A stretch of 64,000 bases of DNA from an uncultured Gammaproteobacteria bacterium (GTDB lineage Bacteria; Patescibacteriota; Patescibacteriia; Magasanikbacterales; GWA2-37-8), in NCBI GenBank assembly GCA_964634875.1, contig CAZWKA010000001.1:37600-101599 (forward strand). Direction: 5' to 3'. Positions 8,448-17,663 of this stretch are shown one piece after another (the stretch's first letter is position 1; every line of letters begins with the position of its first letter). Made by a program: the position numbers and the translations under genes. The notes below the pieces were generated by a model that worked only from the letters and a program-made list of their open reading frames with translations, searched no databases and was not told the DNA's origin.

Positions 8448-9197
8448 ATGGGGTTTCTCATCATTATCCCGCTCATTATCCTCCTCCTCGGCCTGCGTAT
8501 CGTCCAGCAGTACCAAAAAGGCGTCATCTTTCGCTTTGGTAAAATTGTCGGTATTAAAGAACCGGGTTTAAACTGGATCATCCCTATCGTTGACCAAATG
8601 CGAAAAGTCGATTTCCGTACAGTTACTTTGCCGATCCCGCCGCAAAAAATTATTACTAAAGACAACGTCTCGGTTGATGTTTCGGCCGTCGCTTACTACA
8701 AGATTGTTGATTCTATCAAAAGTATTGTTGGAATCGAAAACGTGATGAGCGCTATCAATCAGATTGCCCAAACGTCAGTGCGCAATATTGTCGGCAAGTT
8801 TCAGCTCGACGAAATTTTAAGTGAGCGCGAAACGATCAACAAAGAAATTACCGCCGTTCTCGACCACCATACCGAAAGCTGGGGGGTGCTTGTGTCTGTG
8901 GTAGAAATTAAAGACATTGAACTTCCAGAAGGCATGCAGCGTGCCATGGCGAAGCAAGCTGAGGCTGAACGCGAAAAACGCGCCAAGATCATTGCTGCGG
9001 AAGGTGAGTTCCTTTCAAGCCAAAAATTAGCGGATACCGCGGATATTATGGCTGCCCATCCTATTGCGCTTCAATTGCGTAATCTCCAGACCATGGCGGA
9101 AATTAGTATTGAAAAGAATTCCACCATTATTTTCCCGGCGCAGTTTATGAGTACGATTTCCGAGATAAAACAATTCATGCAATCGGAGCATAAATAA
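8448..9197 (+). CDS. SPFH/band-7 (stomatin/prohibitin-like) membrane protein
   Basis: N-terminal TM then SPFH core (VSVDVSAVAYYKIVD..., EAEREKRAKIIAAEGE). Confidence 0.85.
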   Translation: MGFLIIIPLIILLLGLRIVQQYQKGVIFRFGKIVGIKEPGLNWIIPIVDQMRKVDFRTVTLPIPPQKIITKDNVSVDVSAVAYYKIVDSIKSIVGIENVMSAINQIAQTSVRNIVGKFQLDEILSERETINKEITAVLDHHTESWGVLVSVVEIKDIELPEGMQRAMAKQAEAEREKRAKIIAAEGEFLSSQKLADTADIMAAHPIALQLRNLQTMAEISIEKNSTIIFPAQFMSTISEIKQFMQSEHK

Positions 9198-9216
9198 AAT
9201 TTGCTAAAATAAAAAC

Positions 9217-9241
9217 TCTCCGAGCAATCGGAGAGTTTTTT
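9217..9241 (+). terminator. Intrinsic terminator after SPFH gene
   Basis: CTCTCCGA-gcaa-TCGGAGAG + TTTTT. Confidence 0.7.
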
Positions 9242-9430
9242 AAATTCGTGCAGTGTTTTTTTGACGGAGGTAATCGGCGGATCTGTAAACCCAATTACTT
9301 TTGCGCCCAGCGTTTGCATGGCGGTTTCAAAAGTGAGCTGTGTGCGGGCTGACGGTTCAAAGAAACAGCTGGCCATCACCTGCCCATCGAGCAGATGGGG
9401 CTTGAGGTGTTGTTTTATTTTTTTGCTTCA
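9242..9430 (-). pseudogene. Remnant of aspartate/ornithine carbamoyltransferase (pyrB/argF-like) gene, about 60 codons, no start codon, truncated at both ends
   Basis: Minus-strand translation ..KPHLLDGQVMASCFFEPSARTQLTFETAMQTLGAKVIGFTDPPITSV.. matches conserved ATCase/OTCase N-domain (E. coli PyrB ..[38 protein letters not shown]..); upstream in-frame TGA, downstream runs into SPFH terminator. Confidence 0.6.
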
Positions 9431-9520
9431 CTTAAAACCTGAGTATTGCGGGTTTACTGAGTTCGCAGATCGAAATGATGTCCTGGTTTTTAAAACAAGG
9501 AAGTATATCAGTCGAATGAT

Positions 9521-9550
9521 TATAAAAAAGCCACCCTGTATAGGTGGCTG
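9521..9550 (-). terminator. Minus-strand intrinsic terminator-like hairpin
   Basis: GCCACCC-tgtata-GGGTGGC read on minus strand followed by TTTTTTAT. Confidence 0.4.
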
Positions 9551-9660
9551 ATCAACGAGGAAAGAAAGGGGTTGTGGGGGAGAGAACGTTTCGTGTGATG
9601 AAGTGTAGCAGGGTACCGCACAAGCGTCAAAGGTTTCCTGTCCACAGTTTTGTGGGTATT

Positions 9661-9692
9661 AAAAAACTTCCCTAAAATGGGAAGTTTTATTT
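9661..9692 (+). terminator. Bidirectional terminator-like hairpin
   Basis: AAAAAA-CTTCCC-taaaat-GGGAAG-TTTTATTT. Confidence 0.4.
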
Positions 9693-9805
9693 CTGGTGGG
9701 CGGGCAATTACTTCACCCTGCTACCCACAGACTCAGTAGGTTGAGTGTGTGGGTAGGGGCAGGGCGAGGCGGTGCTCGCGGGTGAGTAAGGACGAGAGTT
9801 GTTCG

Positions 9806-10192
9806 TCAGCGACGAGGGGCGTGCCAGATCTGCACGTGGCGGATCTGCTCGGTCCGGAGGCTCTGGTAGGCCTCGAAGGTGAGGTTGCGCTGCATGACCG
9901 TGATGATGGCCAGGGCGAGGAACAGCATCGCGAGCAGGAGCGTGAGCAGGTTGAGGTGGGTCTTCATCTGGCGGCCCTGGGTGGTCAGGGCGCTGACCTG
10001 GGTGAACAGGGTGTTGACCTGTGTCGTCTTGGTCGCGAGGTCGGCCTCGAGGGCGGCGATGCGGCGCTGCTCGGGGGTGGGAGGCTCGGGCGGCGTCAGC
10101 TTGTGCTCGCCGGTGTCCTTGGGCTCCGGCGGCGACAGGTCGATTGTGTCGGGGGCCTTGGTTCCGGGGTTTCCGCTCTGGTCGTTCATCAC
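9806..10192 (-). CDS. GC-rich Pro-rich / coiled-coil / C-terminal TM-anchored hypothetical protein
   Basis: High-GC ORF with SD (CAGGAGctacagtgATG); PPEPKDT..PPEPPTPEQ low-complexity N-term, heptad-like middle, hydrophobic LLTLLLAMLFLALAIITVM. Confidence 0.5.
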   Translation of the reverse strand: MMNDQSGNPGTKAPDTIDLSPPEPKDTGEHKLTPPEPPTPEQRRIAALEADLATKTTQVNTLFTQVSALTTQGRQMKTHLNLLTLLLAMLFLALAIITVMQRNLTFEAYQSLRTEQIRHVQIWHAPRR

Positions 10193-10396
10193 TGTAGCTC
10201 CTGTTTGCAGTTGGGGGCAGCAGAGGCTCTAATAAGATATGTTTTATTAGAACTTTCGCTGCCCAACGAGCTTACAAGAACGTGTTACTATAGCACAAAA
10301 CAAGGTTTTCGTCAAGGGGTGTAGGGTATTTTTTGGCTAAAATAAGGCAAAAAATAAAAAACAGCCCTGTGTTTGAGCTGTCTTTTGAGCGATTCC

Positions 10397-11944
10397 TTAT
10401 TTCATTTTATCTCGTAAAAGTTTCTCCGCTACTTGTGGGTCGGCGCTGCCTTCGGTGGCTTTCATGAGCATGCCAACCAAGAACTTGATAATTGGTTCCT
10501 TGCCAGCCTTAAATTGAGCTACTTGTTCTGGATAATTTTTGATTATTTCGTCAGCAACTGTTCCAAGTTTGCCTTCGTCACTAATTTGGCCGTACCCTTT
10601 TTCTTCCATAATATGTGTTGGATCTTTGTCTACACCTGATTCGATCATTTCAATCAGGATTTTTTGAGCATTGGTAGCGTTGATTCGATTGGTGTAAATC
10701 AAAGCCATGAGTTCAGCAAAATTTTCTGGTTTGACGCGCAGAATGCGAATGTCGATTTTACGCTCAGCCATGGCACCCATGAGTTTGCTTGTCATCCAGC
10801 CGCCCGACAGTTTAGCGAGCTCACGTTGTTTTTGTGCGGTCAGTTCTTCGGCGGCTTCCTTGCTTTCTGGTAAATGACGTAGCCAGTCGATAAGTTCGCT
10901 AACGACCTGTTCAGTAAATTCAGCCCAGTCACGGTCGCTCGTCAAAATATGGGCATCAGCTTTTGAAAAACCATATTCACTACAAAAACGGAGACGCTTG
11001 GCTTGTGGTAGCTCGGGGAGTGAAAGCGCGTCTGCTAGCTTGGCGGGGTTGAAGGGCGGAATATCGGGCTCGGGGAAATAACGGTAATCGGCAGCTGATT
11101 CTTTGGTGCGTTGATGTGCTGTGCCTTGTTTTTTTTCATCCCAGCCGCGTGTTTCCGGCACCCAGCTTTCACCTTTTTCAATAAGTTCGGTTTGGCGTTT
11201 GATCTCAAATTCAATTGCCTTCTCGACGGCGCGGAATGAGTTGATGTTCTTTACTTCAACTTTTGAGTTAAGGGTGACGCCTTCGCTTGGTACGATGACT
11301 CCGTTCTGGTTAGTGAAGCTTCCCTCGTACTGAACAGAAACATTGGCTTCGCAGCGCATCTGGCCTTTTTCCATGTCAGCGTTGCTGACTCCAAGGGTGC
11401 GGAATAACAGCTGTAGTTCTTGGCAATAGGCTTTAGCTTCAGCAGCGCTTTGTATGTCCGGATCAGAAACAATTTCTACGAGAGGTACTCCAGCGCGGTT
11501 AAAGTCAACGAGCGCCGTTCCGCTAGCCGCGTGATTAAGCTTGGCAGTGTCTTCTTCCATGTGGACACGGGTAACGCCGATGCGTGCGGTTGAGCGATGG
11601 TTCGTTCCGGCTATTTCAAGTTCGATTGTGCCGTGTTCGCCAATCGGCTGGTCGTACTGTGAGATTTGGTAACCCCTGGGAAGATCCGGGTAAAAATAAT
11701 GTTTGCGGTCGAACTTACTTTCTGTCGCTATCGTGCAGTTAAGCGCGCGTGCGATTTTGATCGCGCCTTCAATGCCGGCCTGGTTGGGTACGGGTAGAGT
11801 GCCTGGGTGGGCAAGACAGACTTCGCAGATGTTCGTGTTGGGTGTATCGATGAAGGGGTCGTTCACACACGGACAAAACATCTTGGATTTCGTCTTGAGT
11901 TCTACGTGGATTTCAAGACCGATGATCGGGATAAGTTGGGGCAT
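10397..11944 (-). CDS. gatB: Asp-tRNA(Asn)/Glu-tRNA(Gln) amidotransferase subunit B
   Basis: 515 aa; N-terminus MPQLIPIIGLEIHVELKTKSKMFCPC typical of GatB, C-terminal YqeY-like domain. Confidence 0.95.
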   Translation of the reverse strand: MPQLIPIIGLEIHVELKTKSKMFCPCVNDPFIDTPNTNICEVCLAHPGTLPVPNQAGIEGAIKIARALNCTIATESKFDRKHYFYPDLPRGYQISQYDQPIGEHGTIELEIAGTNHRSTARIGVTRVHMEEDTAKLNHAASGTALVDFNRAGVPLVEIVSDPDIQSAAEAKAYCQELQLLFRTLGVSNADMEKGQMRCEANVSVQYEGSFTNQNGVIVPSEGVTLNSKVEVKNINSFRAVEKAIEFEIKRQTELIEKGESWVPETRGWDEKKQGTAHQRTKESAADYRYFPEPDIPPFNPAKLADALSLPELPQAKRLRFCSEYGFSKADAHILTSDRDWAEFTEQVVSELIDWLRHLPESKEAAEELTAQKQRELAKLSGGWMTSKLMGAMAERKIDIRILRVKPENFAELMALIYTNRINATNAQKILIEMIESGVDKDPTHIMEEKGYGQISDEGKLGTVADEIIKNYPEQVAQFKAGKEPIIKFLVGMLMKATEGSADPQVAEKLLRDKMK

Positions 11945-11997
11945 AGACGAAGATAAAAAGTACTGGGATACTATCAGTTTAGGCTTCTTTTGGCAAA

Positions 11998-12028
11998 TAA
12001 AAAATCCCGGAATTCTCCGGGATTTTTG
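11998..12028. terminator. Bidirectional intrinsic terminator
   Basis: A-run, ATCCCGGA-attc-TCCGGGAT, T-run. Confidence 0.6.
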
Positions 12029-12038
12029 TGTCTACTAG

Positions 12039-12860
12039 TTAGGTGCGAGAAGCACTGGCCGTGGGCATTTCTGCGACAGGAACAGGCTTGCTGCGGACAT
12101 CGAGGTATATGAGGACGATTGCTATAGTCGCAAGTGGGGCGGCAAAGGCTGAAGCTAGGCTGCTCATAACACCGACAACCATAGTCAGAACAACTTCTGA
12201 AGTGCTAACCGTGCGCCCGGCCTCTTGGAACGCGGCGACCTCTGGGCTATTCATAGAAATCAAGATCGTGAAGGGGGCGGTAAAAGCGAGGATGATAATG
12301 CTGACTAAGAGTCCAAATAAAATACTGGTCACACCTACTCTCCAGGCGATTGCCCACCAGCGCCCTTTGACGAGTTGCTTGCTGTAGCGCAAGGCTGCTA
12401 AGCCGCGCTGTCCGTCAAACAGGGTGGCGTAAGCACCGAAGACGTAATAAACGCTGAAAATAATACCGGGGATAATGAGGAGCAGTGTCCAAAGGCCTAC
12501 AAAGATGCTGGTAAGGAATGAAACCCAGAACACCGGTATCAACGAACCTTTAATGTTCATCATGCCTTGTTTCCAGGGTAGGGTTGGGCGTCCTTCGGCG
12601 ATGTCTTTGATTGCTTGGGCAAGTGCAAGCATGGCCCAGAAACTAATAAACCAACTGCAGAAACTGAGGATTACGGTAATGATGCTATTGAGCAAGTTCG
12701 TCGTTGGCAGGATAGTAGAAAGATAAGCGCTGCCGAGGCCGAGTAAAGCGAGGACTGCGCCAGGGACAAAGACCACAGCAATATACGGCAAAATAGTGCG
12801 CCAATTTTTGCCGTAGATACTAAAAGTCATTCTCAGGATCTCGGTTACTTTAAGGAGCAT
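12039..12860 (-). CDS. Polytopic membrane protein (DUF975/glycerophosphodiester-phosphodiesterase-membrane-domain-like)
   Basis: 273 aa, 6-7 predicted TM helices, no catalytic motifs recognised. Confidence 0.5.
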   Translation of the reverse strand: MLLKVTEILRMTFSIYGKNWRTILPYIAVVFVPGAVLALLGLGSAYLSTILPTTNLLNSIITVILSFCSWFISFWAMLALAQAIKDIAEGRPTLPWKQGMMNIKGSLIPVFWVSFLTSIFVGLWTLLLIIPGIIFSVYYVFGAYATLFDGQRGLAALRYSKQLVKGRWWAIAWRVGVTSILFGLLVSIIILAFTAPFTILISMNSPEVAAFQEAGRTVSTSEVVLTMVVGVMSSLASAFAAPLATIAIVLIYLDVRSKPVPVAEMPTASASRT

Positions 12861-12891
12861 ACGTTGGGTTTAGGAATAAAAATGGATTGCT

Positions 12892-13623
12892 TTAGATGCT
12901 CTGGCGAGCCAGGATTTTCTCAAGCAGTTCAGTGGATGCTTGGGTTATTGTAGCAAGATCAGTACCTGCTGACAAGTAATGAATTGTGGTGCCCAGATCC
13001 TTAAAGATGTTTTGAAATTCTGAACCCATGAATTTGGCGTAGGCCTTTTTTTGAAAATCAACCTCTTCAAAAATCGCATTATCATTTTTATCGAGGCGCG
13101 AAGCAAGGCGGGCTAATCCCTTTTCGGGATCAATCTCAAAAAGAATGAGGTCGGTTGGTGGGTGGGCGAGAGCTACGGCATTGCCCGGTAGCGTCCGGAT
13201 GATTTCGTAGGTGATCGTGGGGTCGCTGATAGTTTGGTAGACAAGCGAGGTCGAGATCGAACGATCCGAAATAATTGTTTTACCGGCAGCTAGTGCAGGA
13301 GCAAAGAATTTTTTGTAGAGGATCATGCGGTCGAGCGCATATGCCTCGGCTATTGCCAGGGACGGATAATCAGTGCCTTTGGCGATCAGTTCTTCGCGTA
13401 GCACTTTGCCGATACCGGTATAGGTCATCTCGGCGCTAAAAATAATGTCAGCAGCCAAGACTTCTTCAGCGGGTGGTTGTTTGTCGTATTGTTTCCAATA
13501 GGCTTTGAGGTCGAAGATTTTTTTGCCCTGTTCTTCCAAATGTTTTTTCCAAAAATCAATCACGGTACTTTTGCCAGACCCTTCGGTACCGTCGAGGACG
13601 ATGAATTTACCGGTGTAGTGCAT
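12892..13623 (-). CDS. tmk: Thymidylate kinase
   Basis: P-loop FIVLDGTEGSGKST, DR(Y/S) and lid regions. Confidence 0.9.
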   Translation of the reverse strand: MHYTGKFIVLDGTEGSGKSTVIDFWKKHLEEQGKKIFDLKAYWKQYDKQPPAEEVLAADIIFSAEMTYTGIGKVLREELIAKGTDYPSLAIAEAYALDRMILYKKFFAPALAAGKTIISDRSISTSLVYQTISDPTITYEIIRTLPGNAVALAHPPTDLILFEIDPEKGLARLASRLDKNDNAIFEEVDFQKKAYAKFMGSEFQNIFKDLGTTIHYLSAGTDLATITQASTELLEKILARQSI

Positions 13624-13637
13624 AACAAAAAAAACGA

Positions 13638-14111
13638 TTATTTTTTATTGTAGGTAACAAAACTAAATCCGTCACGATCGTCGCGCGCCACTTCTTTCCA
13701 GATACTTAGGTCGATGGTTGGAAAAAAGGCGTCGCCATCTATGGTTTGGTTAATATGCGTAATTTCTAATCGATCGGCATTGGCTATGGTTTCATTGTAA
13801 ATTTGTGCGCCACCAATAATCCACAAATCATCGTTGGCGTGATCGTTGAGCGCTCGGTCAAGTTCATGAAAAATTTCGACGCCATCCGGCGCAACAAAAT
13901 CATTTTGTTTGGTAATAACAATGCTCTGTCGGTTGGGAAGCGGTTTGCCAATGAGTGCAATAATTGAGTCAAATGTTTTGCGTCCCATGAGGACGGTTTT
14001 GCCTTTTGTAAGTTCGCGAAAGTGTTTAAGGTCTTCAGGAATATTCCAAGGGAGCGTATTATTTTTGCCGATACAATTATTTTTGGCGATAGCGGCGATG
14101 AGTGTGATCAT
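13638..14111 (-). CDS. folA: Dihydrofolate reductase
   Basis: MITLIAAIAKNNCIGKNNTLPWNIPEDLKHFRELTKGKTVLMGRKTFDSI = canonical DHFR N-terminus. Confidence 0.9.
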   Translation of the reverse strand: MITLIAAIAKNNCIGKNNTLPWNIPEDLKHFRELTKGKTVLMGRKTFDSIIALIGKPLPNRQSIVITKQNDFVAPDGVEIFHELDRALNDHANDDLWIIGGAQIYNETIANADRLEITHINQTIDGDAFFPTIDLSIWKEVARDDRDGFSFVTYNKK

Positions 14112-14114
14112 ACG

Positions 14115-14987
14115 TTAGACGGCAATTTCAAAAGCAATCCTTGGGTAACTTTCATACCCAACCACCTGTGTATCTTCGGCCTTCCAATCAAAGATAGAGG
14201 TAAAATTTTCGGTAACTAGCTTGGGTAGTTTGTGCATATTCGGGTCACGCGTCAGTTGTTCGCGCGCGCCATTTTGATGGTTTTTGTAGATATGAACGTC
14301 GGCTAGGAACCCTGTCAGCACACCTTCTTCGAGACCTGATTCTTTGGCAAGGAGGTGAAGTAGTAGGGCGTAGCTCGCAATATTGAACGGTAGTCCGAGC
14401 ATCGTGTCGACGGAACGCTGGTTCCAAAATAAATTGAGCCGCCCTTTAATTACTGTTACCTGGTAGCAGTAATGGCACGGTGGTAAACCCATTTCTGGGA
14501 GCATGACCGGATTCCACGAGTTGACGATCATGCGTCGGTCAGACGGATTTTTTTTGAGCGTGGTGACGAGATTTTGTAGTTGGTCAACGCCTTGTCCGGT
14601 ATAATCAGTATCGTAGGAAACATAGGGTGCTCCAAAGTGTCGCCATTGAAAGCCATAAATTGGGCCGAGATCGCGTTCTTCGCGCATGCGTTTTTTGCTT
14701 TCCTCGTCATGTCCATAGGGGGCTTTTTTGGGGTGAGCCCATTCATCCCAAATATGGTTGTTGCGGTCGATCAGCCATTGTTTGTCGGTGAGGCCTTTGA
14801 TAAAAAATTCAAGCTCGGTGGCAATGAGTCGAAAAGGGATTTTTTTGGTTGTTAGAAGTGGGAAGCCATTCTTGAGGTCATGCTGAAATAGCGCACCGGG
14901 AATAGCAATGGTACCAACACCCGTGCGGTCATCTTTTTCCTGACCGTTGTCTAAAACATTTTGAACAATGTCGAGATATTGTTGCAT
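14115..14987 (-). CDS. thyA: Thymidylate synthase
   Basis: 290 aa; conserved PLLTTKK, ELEFFIKG, catalytic Cys region LPPCH. Confidence 0.95.
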   Translation of the reverse strand: MQQYLDIVQNVLDNGQEKDDRTGVGTIAIPGALFQHDLKNGFPLLTTKKIPFRLIATELEFFIKGLTDKQWLIDRNNHIWDEWAHPKKAPYGHDEESKKRMREERDLGPIYGFQWRHFGAPYVSYDTDYTGQGVDQLQNLVTTLKKNPSDRRMIVNSWNPVMLPEMGLPPCHYCYQVTVIKGRLNLFWNQRSVDTMLGLPFNIASYALLLHLLAKESGLEEGVLTGFLADVHIYKNHQNGAREQLTRDPNMHKLPKLVTENFTSIFDWKAEDTQVVGYESYPRIAFEIAV

Positions 14988-15053
14988 AGTAGCAAGTGTA
15001 AAGTTGAAAGCGAAAAGTTAAAAATAGTTTTGCGCTTTTCGTTTTTAGCTTCG

Positions 15054-15500
15054 CTATTTCCCCGTGCTACCAAATCCACCCCGACTGGTAGCTTGCGGCA
15101 TTTCGGTTACTTCATTCCAAGCTGCTTGTTCAACCTTGATAAAAATACCCTGGGCAATACGTTCACCACGTTCAACGGTAACTGGTGTGTCAGTAAAATT
15201 GTGCACGGCAATTGAGATTTCATCTTCTGGCCCGCAATAGTCGCTATCAATAACGCCAATGCCGTTGGCCTGCTTCAAACCTTTTTTGAGGGAAAGACTG
15301 GAACGGGCAGCCATCATAAGCATGTACCCGGGCGGGGTAGCGATAATCAAATTAGAAGGAATTTTGGCGAGGCTGTGTGGGGCGATAACCGTCGCTTCAC
15401 GAGCGTAAAAATCAAAACCAGCCGCGCCAGAGGTATGGTAGTCGGGGAGTGGGAGGGTTTGGTCGATGCGTTTAATGGTGATGTGCATAAACACTGTCAT
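15054..15500 (-). CDS. dut: dUTP diphosphatase
   Basis: dUTPase motifs AGFDFYA, GVIDSDYCG, C-terminal RGGFGSTG. Confidence 0.9.
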   Translation of the reverse strand: MTVFMHITIKRIDQTLPLPDYHTSGAAGFDFYAREATVIAPHSLAKIPSNLIIATPPGYMLMMAARSSLSLKKGLKQANGIGVIDSDYCGPEDEISIAVHNFTDTPVTVERGERIAQGIFIKVEQAAWNEVTEMPQATSRGGFGSTGK

Positions 15501-15507
15501 TGCGAGG

Positions 15508-15611
15508 AGTGAAACGACGAAGCAATCCCCTGGATTAAGAATGTCTATTTAAATACTTTGCTGCAAGCGAGGGGGTTGCTTCGTCACTCGTTCCTCGTTG
15601 CTCGCAATGAC
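15508..15611. repeat. Imperfect long inverted repeat (about 35-40-nt arms, 11-bp perfect termini GTCATTGCGAG/CTCGCAATGAC) within the dNTP operon: MITE-like or regulatory hairpin
   Basis: Left arm 15508-15542 vs right arm 15571-15611 reverse-complementary with an 11-nt insertion in the right arm. Confidence 0.5.
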
Positions 15612-15619
15612 AAATTAAT

Positions 15620-16174
15620 TTATTGGTACTTTGCAACGAGTACATCAAGTTGGGCAAACAATTCCTCGCTCGAACCATTATTATCAATCCGTTCGGTCGC
15701 CTGTGCAGCAATTTCTGCAATACTCATTTCAGTGGAGCGTTCGTGATTGGCTTTGAATTGTTCCATAGTCAGCGTTGCGTCGTCCGGGTTTTCGCCGCGC
15801 TGCTGAATGCGCTTGAGACGGATGTCGATATCGGCGGTTACTTCGACCAGAACAAATTCAGGAAGTTTAAACAAATAAGCACAATCCGCAACACGCCGGA
15901 TGCCATCAATCATAATAAGCGGAGCATCATTCGTGCCAACGTCTTCGGCAATAACGCGGGCGAGCGTTTCTTCGCCAAACGTGGCGCGCACCATTTCTGA
16001 TGTTTTTACCATGGTATCTCGACTGGTCGGCAAGTAGAGGCGACCTAGAATATCGCGGAGGATAGTCGAAAATTTATACGTTTTTGCACCATGCTTTTCT
16101 TCGAGATATTTGGCAGCCGTTCCTTTGCCTGAACCCATTTGTCCAACAAAACCAAAAATAACTTTTTTAGACAT
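15620..16174 (-). CDS. P-loop nucleoside/nucleotide kinase (dNMP kinase or dephospho-CoA-kinase-like)
   Basis: Walker A GQMGSGKGT, small (184 aa) kinase fold; embedded between dut and dcd. Confidence 0.55.
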   Translation of the reverse strand: MSKKVIFGFVGQMGSGKGTAAKYLEEKHGAKTYKFSTILRDILGRLYLPTSRDTMVKTSEMVRATFGEETLARVIAEDVGTNDAPLIMIDGIRRVADCAYLFKLPEFVLVEVTADIDIRLKRIQQRGENPDDATLTMEQFKANHERSTEMSIAEIAAQATERIDNNGSSEELFAQLDVLVAKYQ

Positions 16175-16177
16175 AGT

Positions 16178-16741
16178 TTAAGGTAAAAAATTTTTCCACA
16201 TCTGACTGGCAACTGGTCGGTTGTCACCAATGTATTTGCTTCCTTTATCCATCGAATACGGTTTGGCGCAGGGACTCGACAGGTGTTCGAAGGCCATTTG
16301 GGCGATCGGCATTTTATAATAGAGCATGATGGGCATGTTGGCGACGTTGTGCAGTTCGAGCGTCATCTTAAGGCAATTGCCAGGGTCAAGGAATCCGGCA
16401 GTGACATGGATGAGGAGTCCCATGCGCCCGACGGAGCTTTTTCCTTCGAGGCGTGCCACCATGCGGTCGTTAACACCGGTTTTTTCGTAAATCATCCCAA
16501 GCGCAAATTCACCGGGGTGCAAAATAAATGGTCGGTCTTCGCCGATGTCTACGGGCACCATAATATCGTCCATTGGCTTTTTAGGATCAATCACGTAGTT
16601 ATTTTTGGTATCAAAAACCAAAAAATGCTTATCAAGGTGAAGGTCAATTGACGCTGCCTTAATATATTTTTCGTCAAATGGGTCAACGGTGATCGCGCCC
16701 TCCGCAAGGGCCTTTTTGATGTCTGTATCTGAAAGAATCAT
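16178..16741 (-). CDS. dcd: dCTP deaminase
   Basis: 187 aa; IDLHLDKHF and HVTAGFLDPG motifs of Dcd/dUTPase superfamily. Confidence 0.9.
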   Translation of the reverse strand: MILSDTDIKKALAEGAITVDPFDEKYIKAASIDLHLDKHFLVFDTKNNYVIDPKKPMDDIMVPVDIGEDRPFILHPGEFALGMIYEKTGVNDRMVARLEGKSSVGRMGLLIHVTAGFLDPGNCLKMTLELHNVANMPIMLYYKMPIAQMAFEHLSSPCAKPYSMDKGSKYIGDNRPVASQMWKNFLP

Positions 16742-16794
16742 AGTAAAAAAGGTTCGCTTGGATGATAGCAGAGGGTAGCTTGTTTGGCAATAGA

Positions 16795-16824
16795 AAAAAA
16801 AGAAGGCCAGAGCCTTCTTTTTGA
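16795..16824. terminator. Bidirectional intrinsic terminator
   Basis: AAAAAAAA-GAAGGC-caga-GCCTTC-TTTTT. Confidence 0.6.
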
Positions 16825-16838
16825 TACGAGCATGTTTA

Positions 16839-17162
16839 TTATTCCAGGTTGTGGGTGTAGTCGTTCAAGAGTGGTGTGATGCGTTCTGCAATAAGCTTGT
16901 CCCAGGTTGTAGGTGGGTATTTATTTTGGACAAACTGGAGCAGTTCTTCGTACTTTCTTTGTTCCGCCAGGCCCTGCATTTCTAGTTTTTCGTCATCGCC
17001 AAGCCATTTGTGTGCATCTTCGAGAATGGTTAAAAAAATGATCGTCGAAAGTTCGGTTGTATATTTTTGTTTGTCAGCTGCTGACAAAGAGTATTGTTTG
17101 AAAAGTCCGTCAAAAAATTGTTGCAGTGTCATACAATGGGCTAAATAGTTGTTTTTGACCAC
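16839..17162 (-). CDS. Hypothetical protein
   Basis: Backbone-composition ORF, no recognisable motif. Confidence 0.35.
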   Translation of the reverse strand: MVKNNYLAHCMTLQQFFDGLFKQYSLSAADKQKYTTELSTIIFLTILEDAHKWLGDDEKLEMQGLAEQRKYEELLQFVQNKYPPTTWDKLIAERITPLLNDYTHNLE

Positions 17163-17509
17163 TGTTCATGGTTGCGCTCGTCCTTGGCCCGTTTCATCCG
17201 GACTGCGCCTGCCAGACTGAGACTCATTAAAGTTGCAGGTATGGCAAATGGAATGGCGGCAGCAGGATCTTGTTCCACATCATCCAAAGTAACTTTTTTG
17301 TCGACATAGGCTTCCTCTCCTTCTTCCCGGGTCAGGTCGTGTGCTCCGATATAGCCGGTTGCGAGCAGGAGCGGCATCATCATTTCCATTGTTCTTAGAC
17401 CCACTTTATTTTTTTGAAGCCACTTTTTTATCCAGCTATCATGTTTTTTGCTGGGAAAATCACTTTTATTTTCCTTGTGTTCCGAGGCGTTTTCACGGGA
17501 ATGAGCCAT
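17141..17509 (-). CDS. Hypothetical single-pass membrane protein
   Basis: Central hydrophobic helix MMMPLLLATGYIGA.. ; no motif. Confidence 0.35.
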   Translation of the reverse strand: MAHSRENASEHKENKSDFPSKKHDSWIKKWLQKNKVGLRTMEMMMPLLLATGYIGAHDLTREEGEEAYVDKKVTLDDVEQDPAAAIPFAIPATLMSLSLAGAVRMKRAKDERNHEQWSKTTI

Positions 17510-17663
17510 AGAGATGGTGATGAGGTGCTAAGGTTAAATTTGGCTAATTGTAGCCAATAACACATGTAGTATAGCACATTTTTAGCATTTTGTCAATGGT
17601 AAATTGGCCTAGATCGTTGACAATAGAGCCAAAAAATGCTAGGGTCAGGTGTGTTCTTTTACA

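Noticed and set aside
9261-9551. +strand 96-aa ORF after the SPFH terminator
   Set aside because: The region is better explained as the reverse-strand carbamoyltransferase remnant. The ORF has no RBS and a low-complexity translation.
10210-10267. Integron attC site (GTTGGGGGCAGC ... GCTGCCCAAC contains an RYYYAAC-like inverse core)
   Set aside because: The complementary GTTRRRY core is imperfect and there is no integrase or attI. Other hairpins here are perfect palindromes without the extrahelical bases typical of attC, and the cassettes are not arrayed.
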